DNA of 62,059 nt, counting the filler, from Sphacelaria rigidula (Eukaryota), in NCBI GenBank assembly GCA_964200075.2. It is 8 parts of 8 records of this genome, joined end to end, with 100 filler letters (N's around TTAATTAATTAA, not from the genome) between each part and the next. Parts side by side here need not be neighbours in the genome. Positions count along the whole stretch, not along the records: positions 46,621 to 54,290 come from CAXNAA020013853.1; positions 54,391 to 62,059 come from CAXNAA020013854.1; 6 more parts are not named here. One strand, 5' to 3'. The notes beneath the pieces are model-generated. The model did not search any database. It saw only the letters and a list, made by a program, of their open reading frames with translations, and was not told the DNA's origin. The translations under genes and the position numbers were made by a program. Positions 47,382 through 60,808 of this stretch are shown here, in pieces. How positions within the stretch are numbered: position 1 is the stretch's first letter; each line of letters begins with the position of its first letter.

Positions 47382-50300
47382 TTCGTTGTTCCAGCCGTGC
47401 GTTCCGCCCATAAAACTACTCAAACTCATGTTTGTATCACTCTGTCATTGTCGACCTTAGGACACTTCTTATTGCCTCAACACGTTAGATTTTCGAAACA
47501 TTTCTCTCATATGTAGAAAAAAACACAACAGTTTTTCTGGGAAAGTTTCAGTACGGACTGTTTATGGGGGTGATAATTACGGATACGCCTCTTTCTTGGT
47601 CTCTTCAATGATATGGAGTGACAACGGTGATCTTTCTTTCTCAGCCAAGTGATTTCCGTCGCCTTGCATCCAATACAATGCTCTTAACAGGCACATTGAG
47701 CGATGAAATCGAGGGCCAAAGCACACGAGAAGCGTATGCGAAGATATACGCACGAATTACGTAGCTGTGCCCAGCCCACTCTCCCAAAGCATTGTAGACC
47801 GGCCACGCGGTGTATCGAGTTTGATATCCGCACTAGGACTTCTCCGACTCGCGGCAACTCTAATGAGTTCTCTTTTCAATTTTTTGGGCAGAAGTTTCAT
47901 TGCCGAGAAAGTTTGGGGCGAAGATCGCGGATATGCCTTCATGTGTATGTATGTGTTTCTCTCAGATGATGAAACATTACAGGGGTGCACGTTTTGTCAG
48001 TGAAGCGATTTTTTCACCTCGAACATGTCGAGAGTCTCTTTCGAGTTTGGGGTTTTGTTACTCGGCAAAATGAAGCTTGAAAAATCCAACAAGGAGGATG
48101 CTATACTCGGTCAGTCACTGCTTCTTGATTGCGGAGTATCAGCGTCGCTTCCATGTCTAGAATACGTCAACCTACCATCCAGTGTACAATATAGGAATTG
48201 ATGTTGAAGCCTTGATCGTGTAGGGTTGTCGACTGAGACGACATCCGCGACAGTCACAGGCCAGAACAAGGATCACTTAGTGACGGGTCTCGCGGCACAC
48301 CCCCAGCCAACTTGAGAGTTGAAGAAGGGCCACCCTCTACCCTGTCACACGCCGGGAAGCATTTTGTGCAACTCGGTGTCCATTTCCAACTGCATGTCTC
48401 ATTCACTCTCGGGGGTTTTCACGGGTCACCATTTAGATGGAAGGAGACACTGCACCTCACGCTGTAATGAGGGACTAAACCGCGCTCGAGGTCATGCGGT
48501 GCAAGCGCAAGTGGTGCCAACCAGAACAAAACACACCTGAATACGAAGATGAGCTTTCCGGTACATTATTTCAGATTTTTTTCACTATCTTTTTGTTTCC
48601 CCCCACTTTCTTCTTCAGCGAGCGTACCCGTTTACCTTGGGCACGTCTGTCGTGTGACCACGGCTGGGTGGCTCAGGATCAGTTGATGTGCCACAATCAA
48701 TCAATCGATCAATATCAATACATGCAGGGCGTGGCGTCAGACATTGCTTTTACATAGGTACGAAGTGTAAAACCTGCGAAATACCGGCTTTTGGCGTCAT
48801 ACCGGCACCTTCAGTACTCTTGTGCCGGGGAATGTCGCATTCCATCCCTACCCAATACCACCCCGACCCCCGGGGGGTCGGCGGTGGTATATACTATGCT
48901 CTGCTGTACTGTGTCCTGTCTCCGATGCAAAAATGAGGCACATGCTGGGAAATAACCCGCACGCGCAATCCGTCTTTCTGGATATACTCTGGAGCGCTAG
49001 CATTGCACATGGGGGACAGCTCATGAGCTATCCAAATACTACTTCCTACTTGTGTACTGATCTGGATCATGCGGGCCCTTTTCCCTTATTTGCCCCCTAC
49101 AGCGCTGACGCCGAGAGCGCGGAGTAGTAGCGCAAAGGTAGCGCTGCGGCTTCTCGGATCCCGCTGTCACGTATGCTGTGCTTTCGGAGAATGGATCCAA
49201 GAGTCCTCTTCGATTTGCTATCTTAGATAGCTTATCAGCTGTCCTAGGTGTGCAGCATTAAGTGCTTTTCCTTTTCAAATTTACGCAGGCTTTTGTCAAG
49301 GTGAAGTGTACGTTCTACTCGCTGAATTCATGTTTTGCAGTTTCAATGATCTCGAGCTCAGACAGGAGGTCATCGTGGGAAGAGGGTTGGGCACTGTTAG
49401 CTTCAACAGCTCGCTTCACGGGCGATGCTCAACATGGGAGAAAGCTGCATGACGCATGGGATTCGTTACAGCACATGTCGCAAGCGGTTTTTGCTGAAAA
49501 GATGTTTGTATCCGCTAGAACAGGGCGAGTTGGTGCAGGGCTCTCTAGATGTGGGCCCCACTCTGTGTGCATCAGCCTTGAAACACACACCCTTGTCTGT
49601 TGTACATGAAATATTCTGTTTGCTGCTGTGTGTTCGATATTGCGTACCAACCGCGGCGTTACGCCTTAGGCGGTACTACCTGCTCACTGCAGAGCAGCAG
49701 GGTGCAGGGTGACAAAGCACACCATAGGACGTCACATCCTTAGCCTATCCCTGTGCTGCATCGATTTCGCGCTGTCCTACGCAGTTCGCCACATCATGCA
49801 CGCAACCGCTTGTATCTGCGGTCAACGTGTACGCGGGATATCACCCCTCGCTACGCCCTACATTGCTACGACACATTTAGTGAAGCTCTCCGTGTTGGAG
49901 CTACAGTGTGCGTTTGCCCCAGGTTGCGCACGCAGGAGTGAAAGGCCGCCTCCGCTGCTGTAATGGCTGCCTGTATCTTGGGCGAAGCTGTATGGTAACA
50001 CAGCCGCTATGGCGCGAAAGCTGCCTGTGGCATTTCGTACCCTGGAGATTTTTTCACCCTGTTGTCCCGAAGTGTAGCGTTGCAGTTATCGACTTGAGGT
50101 ACGAGTATTACACAAATTATAGTCGGTAATATATTTTATACTGTGCGCAGTACACTTCTAACATCGTGTTCGTACTGATTGTAGAAATTTTCAATCTTCG
50201 TCCAGGGTCTGGCACATGTAACGCAGGATCCGGTACATTTCCACATATAATCAGGCGCGGTTGATGGTGGAAAAATCCACAACATGTGAACGAACTGCAG

Positions 50301-52972
50301 GTGAGGCAATCGCTAAAACTTTCACCTGCAAACTCTGCTCCCGTGCACTGTAAGTTGGTATCGCTAGGACAGTACCATAACTACCTTGCGGGCAGCCAGA
50401 CTGTCAGGATTTTGAATCCGCTAGCATTGCTACTGTCTGTACGGGGATGTTGCTCACTTATCGGTACGTGGGGAAGGGTTCATGGTAGAACGCAGCGCTC
50501 GCGTGAGAGAAGCTTAACCTTGACTTGTCGAGCTTTACGGATAGGCAAACGTTCAGCCTAGACACACACATTTATAGGAGGGCCTGGGTGCTGCTTCTTT
50601 TCTGGTTTTCTGCGAGCATCCATCTCTTACTGGGGGAAGACTAACGATGAAGTCGAAAAGATCCGTTGCGGTCTGCAAGCCTGACCGAAGTTGTACCTAC
50701 TACAATAATCATCAGACAGGAGGTGGTGACTAAAAATAGAATCCGGTGAGAATGATATCCACCGTTTCAATGCAGACCGGGCCCTCAGCGCCTTGTGCAG
50801 CCAAGACTGCGGCTCCAACACCTTCCTCTAGTGCCAATCAACATATCCTCCAAGTTTCGGTGTTATTACAAGCGAGGTGCGGATTTTCATCGCGTCTAAC
50901 CTTCAAAAACACCGCCTCCATAAAATTGAAAAGGAATAACACAAGCATTGGACTCTGCTTGCAAGGAGAGCCCCCGACAAGTTGGCGACCACCCCCTCGT
51001 GGGTGATCAGATTATAACACCCGCGGGAGATGACATGAAATAGTGCGTTTACGGTTATGCTACATAATGGAGCAAATCTATAGAACTTATCAACAAGGCG
51101 TTATCAATAAGCATTCTCTGGGAGTGCGGAATCTCGATTTGTTCCACATCACGGGGGGTGTTATCCCCCGTCACGAACGGTACCACATGGCATCAGCAGC
51201 CCCGGGAACAAGACACGAAGCACTGAAGCCTTGCACTATATGGAAACGATAAGTAAAAGCAATCATCGTGTTCACTGAAATATTGCAGATTGTGGAGTAC
51301 TCATCGACAGGAGTTGTAGAGATCTCACCTATCCGGGAAGCAGCCGCCGCCATGATATCTCCCTCCCGTCGCCCTAGTGAACCTCAGCCACCCTCCTGGT
51401 ACGGCTATCCCTTCGAGTGTAGCACCGTCCCTTGCTTTTTAAGATGAGCGACTTTACTCTGCGAGTAAAAACAACACCACAAAACAGAAAAAATACGTGC
51501 GATCTCGGGCTACTCTCTCTTTTCGGTCCTGCGTTCCCCCTGCTCTACGTGGCTAGTCGATGCACCTGCCCAAGCCGATATATCCCGGTGTCGAGAACAT
51601 GACGAATGGAAACATATTTTGAACAATGACTTGTCGATGTCGATACACAAGCAAGTTGCAGTTTTGTGTCTGTTTTCCTTCCAACAGTCAAGTGATACAG
51701 TTGTAGTCTAGACAGGAGCAAACTCTGCAATAACTGTCAGTATCTTGCAGGTTCCTCTTCCCTCTACATGACCAGTGATTCTGCGTTACTCCATTAGAAG
51801 TTTTGGCATCTTCATCGACGCCATCGGCTATCGGCTCCTAGTGCTGTACACTGTACTGCTGTACCACCAGGTCTGACACATCTATTTCACAATCGGTGGC
51901 GAGAAGCACATATTCATCATGTTGCCACTGCCGCCCGTCTTCTACAGTCTTCGCTTTGTCGCACAACCCCACCAGCCCACTGCGCAGTACTGTTGCCGCA
52001 TACCGACTGTTCCGGACTGGTCCAGTAACATTGCATCCTGAAATACATTGTGCTTCGCTCTGTCGAACTTGCTGTACTATCTGTTGTGTGCTCGGCGACA
52101 CTGTCACCAGCACGCAGCTGCTTCGCAAACTTGTACAAGCTTGGTCCTGAGTCACCGGCGGCGATACCGGCGGCCATCGACGAACAAAACGACTGCGTCA
52201 TACAGCCCTTGCGATCTTCCTTCTCCACAGGACGACGACCAGCTCATCAGCAATATATTTTCTTCCTCAAGATCGCCCTCTTCGCCTGTTCTGGACCTTG
52301 AGCAGGGGTAAGCAATCTCAGTACAAAGTCAGGTATCGCGTAATCGCGGAGAGATTTGGGTTACGGGGAATAGCACCCTGCATGATAAGAATACCACTCT
52401 CGTTGTTCTCAAAAACCAAGCCTTGCATTACCAAAAACTGGTACGACAGGTATACTTTACTGAAAGCTGGTGATCGACCGGGCATTTCAAGGGAAACCAG
52501 TGTCAGCGGTCTACTCTTCGTATATGAAGTAAAGTCGACGCAACGAAACATTTCCCCTGGGGGGTGCTATGGTCTGCCACGCGGTGTATAGCACAAACAT
52601 CATGCGTATGAAGTGGACCCGCACAATCATAAAAGTACTAGAAGTGAACCGGCATGGCGGCACCTATCAGAGGAAGGCGTAGAAGTAATAAGGCGAGATT
52701 CCTCAGCTTGTTTCGACTCTCCGCTAGAAGGCGATTCACTTTTGGTGATATTACTCGCACTGCCGCGGAGATTTCAGGTTTTCACCACGTCGACCTTTCT
52801 GCGGCTACACGAGATTATCTTCTATAATTAGGTTGAACATTAAAATCAGGCTCAACTCCAAAACAGTGCTTCCCCCGACCTGAAGTCATGACAGATAGGC
52901 ACTAGCTCCGTAAGCCCGTTTTTTCAAAGAACTTAGCTCATTTTATTTCACTTGATAAGCTCTCCCCCTTGT

Positions 52973-53040
52973 GGTGCTCCCTCTCGAAAGGGATGCGTGG
53001 TCAATGGTCAAACGACTAAGGCAAGCAACAAATGAGTACG
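52973..53040 (+). mobile_element. Repeat family C, 3'-terminal fragment
   Basis: GGTGCTCCCTCTCGAAAGGGATGCGTGGTCAATGGTCAAACGACTAAGGCAAGCAACAAATGAGTACG. Confidence 0.8.
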
Positions 53041-53325
53041 CTCCCTTGTTTTATGCCCCACTTTGAGCTTTTTTCAGCGAAAATATGCGTGTTTTATGCG
53101 CTCCCTTCGCGTCCTTATTGTGGCGTTGTGGCAGTATCCCCTCACGAGGCGCGCCTTCTAGCATAAGGAGAAGACGACAATTTGGGTATTCGAAGTTCCA
53201 AAAAAGGTTTTTGATCGAAAAATAGGACTTTTCTCCGATCATTGAATTTGAATGCCACCCCAAACCACCTATCGAAACAACGTGTACGCAGTACGTACAC
53301 TCATGATACATGATGCAGCAGTGGG

Positions 53326-53438
53326 TGGAAGAAACGTAATGAGCGCCAGAATGTTGGAGATGTCTCTATTAGGAGTAGNNNNNNNNNNGGATACGTGGTC
53401 AATGGTCGAACGACTAAGGCAAGCAACAAATGAGTACG
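53326..53438 (+). mobile_element. Repeat family C copy (10-N gap inside)
   Basis: Same sequence as the other C copies; ends ATGAGTACG-(C)11. Confidence 0.8.
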
Positions 53439-53462
53439 CCCCCCCCCCCATATCATCTACCA

Positions 53463-53800
53463 TCAGTCGACATTTGAAATCATGTCGAACTTCCGACTCC
53501 GATTGTACTTGAGCATGACCGCGGCTTCGATCCGGTTACCTAACGCCCTCTCCTGGCGGGAATCCAAACACCCCCTCAAAACGGAAAATACTCGCTCCAT
53601 AAACGCAGGCGATGGCTGAATAAGTACGATATCCATCGCCACGAGATACCAAGTGGGAAGCCTTGTTTTGTTTTCGTCCCAGAACGACAGCAAACCGTAA
53701 TTTGAGTGCGCGCCCGAGGCTGCGACCAAAAATTCAGCCTTCTCGGACAAAAGGCCCGCCATGACCTCAGGGCTCACAGGGGAAAACAGCAAGCTGGCGG
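53463..53800 (-). mobile_element. hAT transposase C-terminal dimerisation-domain fragment
   Basis: LLSFWDENKTRLPTWYLVAMDIVLIQPSPAFMERVFSVLR...RIEAAVMLKYN matches the hAT W..W/P.S...ERxFS signature. 54087-54290 (LFFEKLEESFEISKSSKCAR) may be an upstream part of the same gene. Confidence 0.85.
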
Positions 53801-54290
53801 ACCTCCTCCCGGGTGTAGCCTGTACGCTGCTTAATATACACGAAGTATATGAGCTAACGTTGTAGGTTGTACGCTGCACAATGTACAATGGGCCCCATGG
53901 CACAACTATTGTACAAAATCTTGATTAATTTTTTCAATCTACCATAGTATCAAACATATAAAACACAAACGGAAACGTTTTTCGGATCAGACCCTCAACC
54001 ATGGCAGTTTGGAGTATTGATTGTTGAAGCCTGTCTGGTGACGAGCAACGAGTGACGAGTCACGCCATAGGCCGCAGGGAGCACTTTCAAGCAGCTGATA
54101 CACTGGCTGCAGGAGGCGCATGGAAGAATATCGCAATTTTACGCGCGTTTCGCGCACATTTTGAGCTTTTCGAAATTTCGAAGCTCTCTTCAAGCTTTTC
54201 GAAAAAAAGCTTATTTAACCCTTGGACCGCGAGGTTAGTCTTCTGTTGAATCGGCATCAATTTCAAGTGAAACAACGTACGCATGATCCA

Positions 54291-54390
54291 NNNNNNNNNN
54301 NNNNNNNNNNNNNNNNNNNNNNNNNNNNNNNNNNTTAATTAATTAANNNNNNNNNNNNNNNNNNNNNNNNNNNNNNNNNNNNNNNNNNNN
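54291..54390. other. Artificial scaffold linker
   Basis: Same 100-bp linker as 7671-7770. Confidence 0.98.
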
Positions 54391-54464
54391 CCCCGGCTGA
54401 TGCGCCCACATATCCCGGAAAGGGTAGACTGGTGCCCAGAATAAATGGGACGACAACACACACA
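54391..54464 (+). mobile_element. Repeat family B 3' end at scaffold start
   Basis: CCCCGGCTGATGCGCCCACATAT..CCAGAATAAATGGGACGACAACACACACA. Confidence 0.8.
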
Positions 54465-54528
54465 TCAAATCCTATACATTCCCCCGTCCTTCCGCCGCCA
54501 AAACTCATCACACAACACGGTACACGTT

Positions 54529-54928
54529 GCGGTAATCATGATGGCGGTTGAGGTAGATCATGTTGTGCGGGGTGGGAGAACCTCAATTCCGAGCAAAGGG
54601 GATGATCGTACCACGTAGTTTTTACATGGTGAGCCCCCCATGAAGCAATGTAGAACCTGTGGCTGTCTCTGGAAGTGACGAAGCCAGAAATTGAAGCAAC
54701 TCATTGAAGACTGCCATCCATATTCTAGGTACTCAGTAGGCTTCGGGCCGAACAATCTTGGCAGGATACAGCTCACCCTTCGTGCCACTCGCCGAGCACA
54801 TCACGGCGCTTCGCCCTAGGTGAAAGATTGCGAGCCTGGTCCGGCAAAAACCCGGCATGCTGCGTCCCGGCTCTGTAGGGATGCGAGGTCAATGGCCATG
54901 TGACTATGGTATGCAAGATCGTGAGTAC
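54529..54928 (+). mobile_element. Repeat family A, 5'-truncated copy
   Basis: Colinear with 4488-4889; ends GTGAGTAC-(C)n. Confidence 0.85.
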
Positions 54929-55001
54929 CCCTCCTCCCCCGCCCCCCCCCCGTCCCCAACACATGCGATCCAGCAGATTCCGTTGCTGAAATCACCTACT
55001 T

Positions 55002-55864
55002 CTCTACGAGCTGGACCAGCCTAAAAACGGATTTAAGCTCTAAGAGCAATATCTCATCACCGGAAACGAATTGGGCCGTGATCCGCATATCGTATTCATC
55101 GTCTAATCAAGGGGAAGGTGCCCATCTGCTCAAAACTCTGGGCCATTTTTTTCTCGTTGATCAAACCCCATGTATAGTACTTCCTGTACCTAGCGGAGAT
55201 AGCGCCAATACTAAAATCTCAATGAAACTCCCGATCGATGCATTCAGCGGATGGCGACGAATTTTGGTGTGGAGAACCATAAAAGAGTGACGAATACAAA
55301 AAAAATAGCCTTAACTTTTTTTTTCCCCATAGAGGTTAGGGCGTTCTCGTGAAGAAATAGTTTTCACCATAGTAGAACGCAACCAGTGAAAAAGATTGAA
55401 ACAAATCAACCTGACCCATTCTTTTTTCTTGTCAATTATGCCTTAGAGAGCGTCCACACAAAATTTCAATACACGAAAACCAAACACGGGCCGGTGAGTG
55501 GCCTGCGAGATACTGTTCCGAATTTCTACCGACCCGGTTTTGTTTAGGTCCATGCTCCCGACAATATTCATTAGAGTTGGACCCTGGAATTTGGTATGGA
55601 CAATGAATAGGGCATGAAGAAAAAAATTTCATCGGCACCCTTGCGGCACCAGGAATTTTTTTTCATGAGTTATGGGCAATAATCATTTTTCAGGTTTCAG
55701 TAAAATGCCTTCAACTCACGAAAAAAAAAATCTGGTGCCGATGTAATTTTTTTTCATGCCCTATTCATTGTCCATACCAAATTTCAGGGTTCAACTCCAA
55801 ATACTGGCGGGAGCATGAGCCTGCAAACTTCAAATCCGCCTCTAGGCTGGCCCAGCTCGTAGTG
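55002..55864. mobile_element. Non-autonomous CACTA/EnSpm element
   Basis: The right end reads CACTACGAGCTGGGCCAGCCTAGAGGCGGATTT on the minus strand and the left end reads CTCTACGAGCTGGACCAGCCTAAAAACGGATTT. The TSD is not preserved. Confidence 0.75.
55547..55821. repeat. 275-bp palindrome or nested foldback MITE inside the CACTA element
   Basis: CATGCTCCCG..ATTTGGTATGGACAATGAATAGGGCATGAA pairs with TTCATGCCCTATTCATTGTCCATACCAAAT..CGGGAGCATG. Confidence 0.82.
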
Positions 55865-58800
55865 TGTTCGTATTCAAGGCTGGTTCCTATGTGAAGATGG
55901 ACCAGCCACGAAAAAATGAAACGCGGTTATGCTGTTCAATTCCATATATTTCTTCACGAAATTCCGACACGATGCGCATGAGGCATGTTGTGAAGTTCCT
56001 ATTGTCCCCCCTTGACATTATTTTTTCTCTTCACTGTGATATCGATGCTCTTGTATCATGAAAAATTATTCCGAAATTTAGATCAACAATAAATCACGAG
56101 GGGGAAACGGTAGGAGCTTTACGTATACCCAATGTATATCGTGTCAAAATTTCATGGAAAACGACTTGAAATTGAGCAGTGAAATCGCGTATTTCTGTCG
56201 AGAACCGGTTCACTTGCTTTTTGACTACAACAACCTCAGCCGGAACTTTGAAGTTTTCTACAAGCCCGACGCCTCGGGGGTCTCGTCTGCGTGCCATCTC
56301 AGACCCTGCGCGCGTACCGTACGACATGAGTTGTTGTACAACCACAACTAGTGCAGAACCATCACTTTGCGGCCGCGGCACAACCGACTGTAACTGTGAA
56401 TGCGATTTCAGCCGTTTTTTCCCTAATTCCGCCGCATATGCCGCCCTCAACTCTCTACACTTCGCAGCTGACTACAGTTTGGTATTTCGTTTGATGGGAA
56501 CTCGTCAGATCGCAGTGCTGCGTGATGTGAAACACGCGGGTTGATTTGAAGATTGCCACCATGTGTAAAGTATGCACAACTCGCGATATATCGTCAGTTA
56601 GACCCGGCTGAAGGAAAGTCCGCTTTTTAGGCGGCCCGGCCTGTATACTCCCGCGAATGGGGAAGGGTTAAAGGATCACGGGGGCGTATTGTGCAGGAAG
56701 CACTCTTTTCTGGACAAATTGGGCCTGTTACATTGCCGAGTCTTCTGAGTTTCACAGTAAGTGCGTTATGACCATCATTTGACTTTGACGTGAGTAAGGG
56801 GTCGAGATTTTATTCTTGACATGATAATCGATAACGACCCGCTCCGGCCAGGGGAGCTATTCGAATATATATTCGGACTGGATCCTTGCACATGTGTACT
56901 TGTACTGGTTCGTATACAATCTCGGTAAATATTGAGTGCGGATTGAGTTAGGATACTGTACGTAGGTGGACCAATCGGCAACACGGGATTATAGCATGAG
57001 CGTGATATCTGTACCGCATGTCACGAGACACCCACGGCGACACTTGTGTGAACTTTTGGGGATACATTCAGAGTGCACACCTGAGCTTTGGAGGAGCGTG
57101 CATACGGTGTGCGCGTGATTGGTGAGTGGAGAGTATGAGATTTTGATACAAGATAATACACATTACCCTCTGTCAAGACCACCTCCTGTATGAGGCTGTC
57201 GATCAACGTCAGACGACAAAAGATGCACGTGAATGATTCGTTTGCTGGCTTGAAACGTTGGCAAGGTTTATCCAATACTAAGCCACGCATCAGCAGCAAG
57301 ACAAAATCCATGATTTATTCGGTGACAACACGAACTGGCCCGCAGTCAGCTCACCTGCTGAGGAAAAACACCAGCGAAAAAAATATCTCGCTACCCTCGA
57401 TCATGTTGCACGTGCAGTTGTGCAAAATGAAGCACTACCGGCGGTTCGTGGTGGATGATGACAACAATAACACCAACGATCCTCGTGTTAAAGTGTACGG
57501 GGAAAAGAAATCGCCATAAGAACAAGATATTTGGACTAGGGCGAGAAGAACACAGACCTTGATTTCTCCAACACCCATGCGCCAACGATGGAATCATAGT
57601 TCGGGAGCAGTCCTTGCTGCCCTAAGTGGTTACCCGCCCCACTGTACGTGTTCATCGTGTATCCTTGGTCCGCAGATTGGTCGAGCAGCTGTTGTGTTGC
57701 GCTGCCCACCTGTTCGGAGTGTTCAAACAGATGCACGCGGCAGGAGAATGACGACGGTGTAGCAGTTACACAGCTGAGGTGTGCTTGCTAGTGTTGAATT
57801 CTCGGATAGTCGACACCAGTTACTCCATGTTGCCCGCGCGTGCCCCATCAGTTGAATTGTCATCAGGTTTCACTTTGAAAGTGATCTTCGGACTCAGGTG
57901 TCCATCCGTGCGCCACGGCGGGCGCCGACAGAGTTGATCCCATGAACACCCAGGTCGCTAGTCGGACCTTTGCACATTCTAATACCCCGCAAAATATCTC
58001 ATGATTAGGCACCAGGTTGCCGACGGCTTGCGGGTACGACTGTCTCGGCAGCTACGGTGCTGCCTGCGGAGAACGGCGCTGCGTTTTTGGAAAAGCTTCG
58101 CGGAGATCTGCCGATTGTGTCAGACCTTTTTCGTTATGAGTATCCCCCGCAGCGGGTCAAAACAGTCAAACGTTTGGAAAACCATCCGTACTCCGCACGA
58201 AAAATATTTCTTCTTGACTGAGACGCGTTTAAGGATCGTTACTACAGGAGCTACACGAACAACAGCATACATATGTATTCCGGATCGTTCCCTTTTTTTT
58301 TCAGATCCTGGACGATCATCCCAGTTTCCCGTAGTTTTGGTTTCGACAAAGGACTCTCCAGTCAGCGCATCCCAAACAAAAGTTGGAGCCCTTACTCGTG
58401 GGCGCAATAAGCCGTGTCTGAGTACGCGGCGACATACATGGACACGCGTGGGGGTGCTACCCCCTTGACCCTTTGACTGCGAGCTTCTTCTCGGAACAGA
58501 ATTACCAGCTAGCAGCCCTAGGCGTCAAGACGGGGGAAGCTTTCTCAAGGGGAGGGGGGGGGGGGGGGTTCCCAGATCAACCAGGAAGGCCCCGAAACCA
58601 ACCGTTCGTGTTTCCCCGCAATTTCCAGGTCGAGAGGTAGACGCAGGGGGGGGGGTGGGTGGGGGAAACAGCGGCCATTCAGACAGGGTTGATTGGTCTG
58701 ATGGTCCATCGTAATTTCCCCATCATTGCTTGTTTTGCAGGAAAGCTGTATTGATACTTGACTATTTCTGTGGTGATCACTGAGTTATTCAACGCACCAG

Positions 58801-59424
58801 AGATGGAAGTGTTTTTGCTCTCGGCAAAGCCTTCTCCGCTTGCCTGTCCGCTCTTGTCTTGCTAACGTAGCTTCGCATCTGTGTAAAGGTTATGGCAGAG
58901 ATAGACACAGCGCAAGCTGCGTGCGGTGGAGAGCGATGGCACCCTGATTGTTTTGAACTCTACAATCTAGGCCCTGATCCAAAAGCTCTGTGCTGTACGG
59001 CACAGCAGTAGAGTACAGGGTGGTTGAGTACAGAGCAGCCGAGGCGATGTGACATGAAGCGCAACATCAAAACATACTCGAAGTGTGCCAGCAGCGCGTG
59101 TTACAAATGATACTAAAACCGTGGAAGCGTAGACAAGAGGGAACATTGTCTTCTTCCGCCATAGCATCACTGGTAGCCATCTTGCGCCACTTGCAAAGGC
59201 ATGGATATCATGATTTTTTACAGCGAATATGTACACTTCACGTGGCTCGAAACCGGCCATGGATTCTCCGGGACTAACTTCTATGTTGTATGCAAATAAA
59301 TGCTCAATGTTTAGTTGAAAACGTAAAAAGACCTGCTATGTGACGAGAACAAACAATAATATTGAGTAGTACCAAACCCAAACCACGGGTGACACCAGAA
59401 TATCTGGACGGGGGGGGGGGGAGA

Positions 59425-59589
59425 CGTGCTCATTTGTTGCTGGCCTTGGTGATTTGACGTTGACCACGCATCCCGTTCGAGACGCAGCACCGTTTTTACT
59501 CCTAGTAGAGACACCTCGAATATTTGGGCGCTCACTACTTTTAAGCATACACTACACAAAACTATTTACATATCTTGTCCCCTTCCTGA
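59425..59589 (-). mobile_element. Repeat family C, near full-length diverged copy
   Basis: Reverse complement aligns with 46384-46520 plus the common 3' end; G12 tract at its 3' side. Confidence 0.75.
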
Positions 59590-59672
59590 TCCACTGTCTG
59601 TGGCCACCATCTATCTCCTACTATAGCATCGTTTTCTCCCTACTGTCAAATGTATGTGGGGGGGGAGGGGAT

Positions 59673-59973
59673 GTACTCACGATTTTGCATGCCGTATTCA
59701 TAAACCATTGACCTCCCATACCCACGAAGCCGGCACGAAGGACGCCGGGATTACGACGGACCAGACTCGCAACCAATCACCAAGCGCGAAGCACCGCCAG
59801 GTGCTCGTCAAGTCGCTTGAAAAGTGAGCTGCATCCAGCGAAGATTGTTCAGCTCGAAGCGTACCGATTATCTTGCATTTGGATGACAGCCTTCGATGAG
59901 TCGATTGATTTTCTGGTATCGCCACTTCAGAGACAACCACGGGTTCCACACTGCTTCATGAGTGTCTCACCAT
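59673..59973 (-). mobile_element. Repeat family A, 5'-truncated copy
   Basis: Reverse complement is colinear with ~4585-4889; G-tracts on both sides. Confidence 0.8.
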
Positions 59974-59990
59974 CTAGGAGGGGCGGGGGG

Positions 59991-60808
59991 TATATTCATG
60001 ATCATGCATGCCGTAGCCATAAGATCATTGACCTCGCATCCCTACAAAGCCGGGACGGAGTACGCCGGGTTTTTGCCAGACAAGGCTCGCATTCAATCAC
60101 CAAGCGTAAAGCGCCGTGGTGTGTTCGGCGAGTCGCATGAAGGGCAAGCTACATCCTTCTAAGATTATTCGACCCAAAGCCTACCGATTATCTTGCATTT
60201 GGATGGCAACCTACAATGAGTTGCTTCATTTTCTGGTCATTTTTTGGTGTCGCCACTTCCAGAGACAGCCACGGCTTTTACACTGCCTTATGGGTGTCTC
60301 ACCATTTCAACACTACGTAGAACAATGTTTTCGTGAGATTGACGGTAAAGGATACGATTGAGAGTGGGAAATGGCCAATCAATGAGCAGATAATTTCAAT
60401 TCTGAAATGCCCCTCCACGAGGCCCGATACGTTTTCTGTAGTAACTTGCCACTTGTCCCTTAATATCCCCGAGTAGGATATCGACGTGTAGCTGTCAGCA
60501 CACGCCAGTGTTACAGGCAAATAAGTTCACACACAGAATAGAAAATTGGTCGAGTTAAAGCGAATGATGAAACCCTTTCTCAATCAACGCTCTACTCTCA
60601 GTACCACGAAAACGTTGTTGTAGTACGATCACCTCATTTGCGCGGAGTTGAGGTTCTCCACCGTGCACAATATGATCTAGCTCGACCACCATTACGGTTA
60701 CCGCAAAAAAATCGCAAGACAAGCCCCCCCCGGCAACCTGGTTGCCTACTGTAGCTTACGCAGGGAGTGGCGTATTTTACAGCCGTTGCCAACCGACGCC
60801 AAACCTCG
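59991..60808 (-). mobile_element. Repeat family A copy interrupted by the 299-bp MITE
   Basis: Removing 60321-60623 restores colinearity with ~4388-4889; G-tracts on both sides. Confidence 0.82.
60321..60619. mobile_element. 299-bp MITE, second copy, 4-bp TSD (GTAG)
   Basis: Colinear with 35365-35663 and identical in length; GTAG at 60317-60320 and 60620-60623; the empty site is seen in the family A copy at ~4565-4580. Confidence 0.88.

Noticed and set aside
7671-54390. Regularly spaced TTAATTAATTAA motif with 7,770-bp period
   Set aside because: It is an assembly or concatenation linker embedded in Ns, not biology.
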